Below are positions 62,352-64,000 of a stretch of DNA of 64,000 nucleotides, piece after piece (the stretch's first letter is position 1; every line of letters starts with the position of its first letter). Source of the DNA: Flexilinea sp. (GTDB lineage: Bacteria; Bacteroidota; Bacteroidia; Bacteroidales; Paludibacteraceae); contig CAVJCT010000038.1 in assembly GCA_963648205.1 (NCBI GenBank), positions 434 through 64,433 of the forward strand, given 5' to 3'. The notes under the pieces were generated by a model. The model was not told the origin of the DNA, searched no databases, and worked only from the letters and a program-made list of their open reading frames with translations. The translations under genes and the position numbers were made by a program.

Positions 62352-63656
62352 CTAATCTTGACTTCTCAAATCCACGAATTTCATCGGTTTACGTTTGATT
62401 TCAGGAAGGACAATCTTCTGAATCTCATCAATATCCTTGAAAATGACATCTGGAGCCACACGCAGTCTTGCTCTGAATCTATCCTTCATATCCTTAATCA
62501 TCTCATCCTTAGGCTCTTTCACACCGATGTAGGTTGTTACGTGATCCATACCGATTTCGTTGTTGCTCACCTCCACATAGTAGTTCACCACATAATCCGT
62601 ATTGTCCAAAACGTCGAAAATAGAGGCAGGATAGAGGGTAGTACCCTTGAACTTGATCATCTGCTTTTTTCTTCCAATAATCGGACTGATACGCATGGTT
62701 GTTCTACCGCAACTGCACTTCTCGTAGTGGAAACGTGCGATGTCTCCTGTTTTGAAACGGAGCAAAGGCATAGCCTCTACACCCAAGGTCGTTACGACCA
62801 ACTCGCCTACTTCACCCTCTTTAACTGGCTGATTATTCTCATCCAACAATTCGCAAATAATCAATTCGGGATGATGGTGACCACCTTGACCAGCAGAACA
62901 CTCGCAGAAAGAAGTTCCCATCTCCGTAGAAGCGTAGGTTGAATAGAGGTCGATGTCCCATTTCTCCTTGATTCTCTTTCCTAAAAGGTTCAAGCTGAAA
63001 TCGTCGTTTCGAAGATTCTCGCCAATACAAACCGCCTTCTTGATGCTTGATTTGCGATAGTCGATACCATGTTCCTCCGCATATTTGACAATACGCAAAA
63101 TAAACGATGGCACACAGATGATGGTGTCAGGATTCAACCGTTGAATCGTGTCCCATTGCAACTCTGGAATACCATTGCCGACACGAATCAAGCCGCAACC
63201 CATCTTACGAATACCCAAACAATAGGCATAGCCCGCCATGAAACGTTTATCGAGGGTTGTCATCAACTGATAGACATCGCCTGCTTTACCACCTGCCGTA
63301 GCAAAAGAGATGGCTTCATTGTAGGCTAAACGATCCAAATCTTTGTCCGTGCAAACGAACGTGGTAGGGTCGCTCAACGTACCCGAAGTGGTGATGTAAT
63401 CTCTGATTTCGGAAGCAGGCACGCAGATGAAATCCTTATTGTATTTCTGGAGATCCTCCTTTGTAGTAACAGGAATCTGCGTAAGGTCTTCCAACGTTTG
63501 AATCTTGGAAATATCAATATTATTTTCCTTGAACATTCGCTGATAGAAAGGCGATTTTGCCTTCAGATAAGCCAAATGTTCTCTCAATTTCTCTTCTTGA
63601 AAAGCCTTAATAACCTCACGAGGTTGAAACTCTATTTCTGGTTCGAAACTATTCAT
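62352..63656 (-). CDS. Phenylacetate-CoA ligase / F390-synthetase-like adenylate-forming enzyme (COG1541-type)
   Basis: 434 aa. The N-terminal pattern is EEKLREHLAYLKAKSPFYQ. The AMP-binding P-loop is ITTSGTLSDPT. Size and layout fit the PaaK/CapK family. Confidence 0.8.
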   Translation of the reverse strand: MNSFEPEIEFQPREVIKAFQEEKLREHLAYLKAKSPFYQRMFKENNIDISKIQTLEDLTQIPVTTKEDLQKYNKDFICVPASEIRDYITTSGTLSDPTTFVCTDKDLDRLAYNEAISFATAGGKAGDVYQLMTTLDKRFMAGYAYCLGIRKMGCGLIRVGNGIPELQWDTIQRLNPDTIICVPSFILRIVKYAEEHGIDYRKSSIKKAVCIGENLRNDDFSLNLLGKRIKEKWDIDLYSTYASTEMGTSFCECSAGQGGHHHPELIICELLDENNQPVKEGEVGELVVTTLGVEAMPLLRFKTGDIARFHYEKCSCGRTTMRISPIIGRKKQMIKFKGTTLYPASIFDVLDNTDYVVNYYVEVSNNEIGMDHVTTYIGVKEPKDEMIKDMKDRFRARLRVAPDVIFKDIDEIQKIVLPEIKRKPMKFVDLRSQD

Positions 63657-63689
63657 GACTTTGTGTGTTTATTCGTATTAATCAATCTT

Positions 63690-64000
63690 TTACTTCAAAA
63701 AATCATTCTTTAACATCCACGTTTTCAAGATGTTATACCATTGAAGGGTCTCTTCGCTTCTTGTACGAATGAATCCAAATCCATGTCCGCCACAGTTCTG
63801 CAGATGAAATTCACAACGAACACCCTGACGAACTAAAGCCTCGTGCAAGACTACACTGTTTCGATAGTCCACCACATCGTCGTCTTTACAAGCCAGTAAA
63901 AATGTGGGAGGCATATCTGTTGGAATATGGTTTTCCAAAGAAAAAAAATCTTTTTCTTCTTTGCCATATTTATTGCCGAAAAAATTAGCAATCGATTTTT
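63690..64000 (-). CDS. Alpha/beta hydrolase (esterase-like), C-terminal part; 5' end outside the window
   Basis: The frame stays open to the window edge: the tracked M at 63938 is an internal TTG. The C-terminal catalytic-region pattern is ACKDDDVVD ... GGHGFGF. Confidence 0.6.
   Translation of the reverse strand, partial: KSIANFFGNKYGKEEKDFFSLENHIPTDMPPTFLLACKDDDVVDYRNSVVLHEALVRQGVRCEFHLQNCGGHGFGFIRTRSEETLQWYNILKTWMLKNDFLK

Noticed and set aside
1-64000. Search by eye for tRNA, rRNA, CRISPR arrays, IS elements, integrases, transposases or prophage genes.
   Set aside because: None was recognised. Intergenic regions are short (at most about 290 nt) and contain no tRNA-like T-arm sequences or spaced direct-repeat arrays. 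No ORF shows DDE, tyrosine- or serine-recombinase motifs. A covariance-model scan (Infernal/tRNAscan) would be needed to exclude small ncRNAs.

Overview
This 64-kb segment is most consistent with a Bacteroidota chromosome, probably Bacteroidales or Prevotella-like. The basis is TAnnTTTG-type -7 boxes upstream of many genes, T9SS C-terminal sorting domains, and DUF4230, DUF4268 and WG-repeat families. About 62 protein genes fill roughly 90 percent of the window. Most are housekeeping: cdsA-psd-pssA-sppA, a two-component pair, PNP, lpxK, rimP-nusA-infB-cvpA, rpoN, ftsH, rsfS, argH, rsgA, frr, lrgAB, three tandem FKBP isomerases and an Lrp regulator. I recognised no rRNA, tRNA, CRISPR array, transposase or integrase. 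Six regions stand out:

- **41.7-55.5 kb:** a tightly packed 15-gene minus-strand operon encodes an aryl-polyene/flexirubin-like type II PKS-FAS lipid or pigment pathway. Its gene set is atypical. I found no ketoreductase, thioesterase or aryl-activating enzyme. It carries two embedded DUF4230 proteins, an SMR-like 4-TM protein, and an MMPL-acyltransferase fusion with a truncated methyltransferase tail.
- **0.7-4.6 kb:** a 1285-aa secreted, extremely charged coiled-coil protein has a 54-residue Tyr/Trp-phased repeat. It sits at the head of the phospholipid gene block.
- **18.7-20.3 kb:** an AT-rich AAA-ATPase/PD-(D/E)XK gene is bracketed by two copies of a palindromic element.
- **39.1-40.2 kb:** an AT-rich Fic gene is flanked by related GGTGGTA-N4-TACCACC palindromes.
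- **13.37-13.40 kb:** a strong terminator-like hairpin lies in the rimP-nusA-infB leader.
- **41.4-41.6 kb and 58.55-58.71 kb:** each holds a sub-60-aa ORF missed by the ORF track, each followed by its own intrinsic terminator.

All family assignments come from motif recognition by eye. No database search was run.
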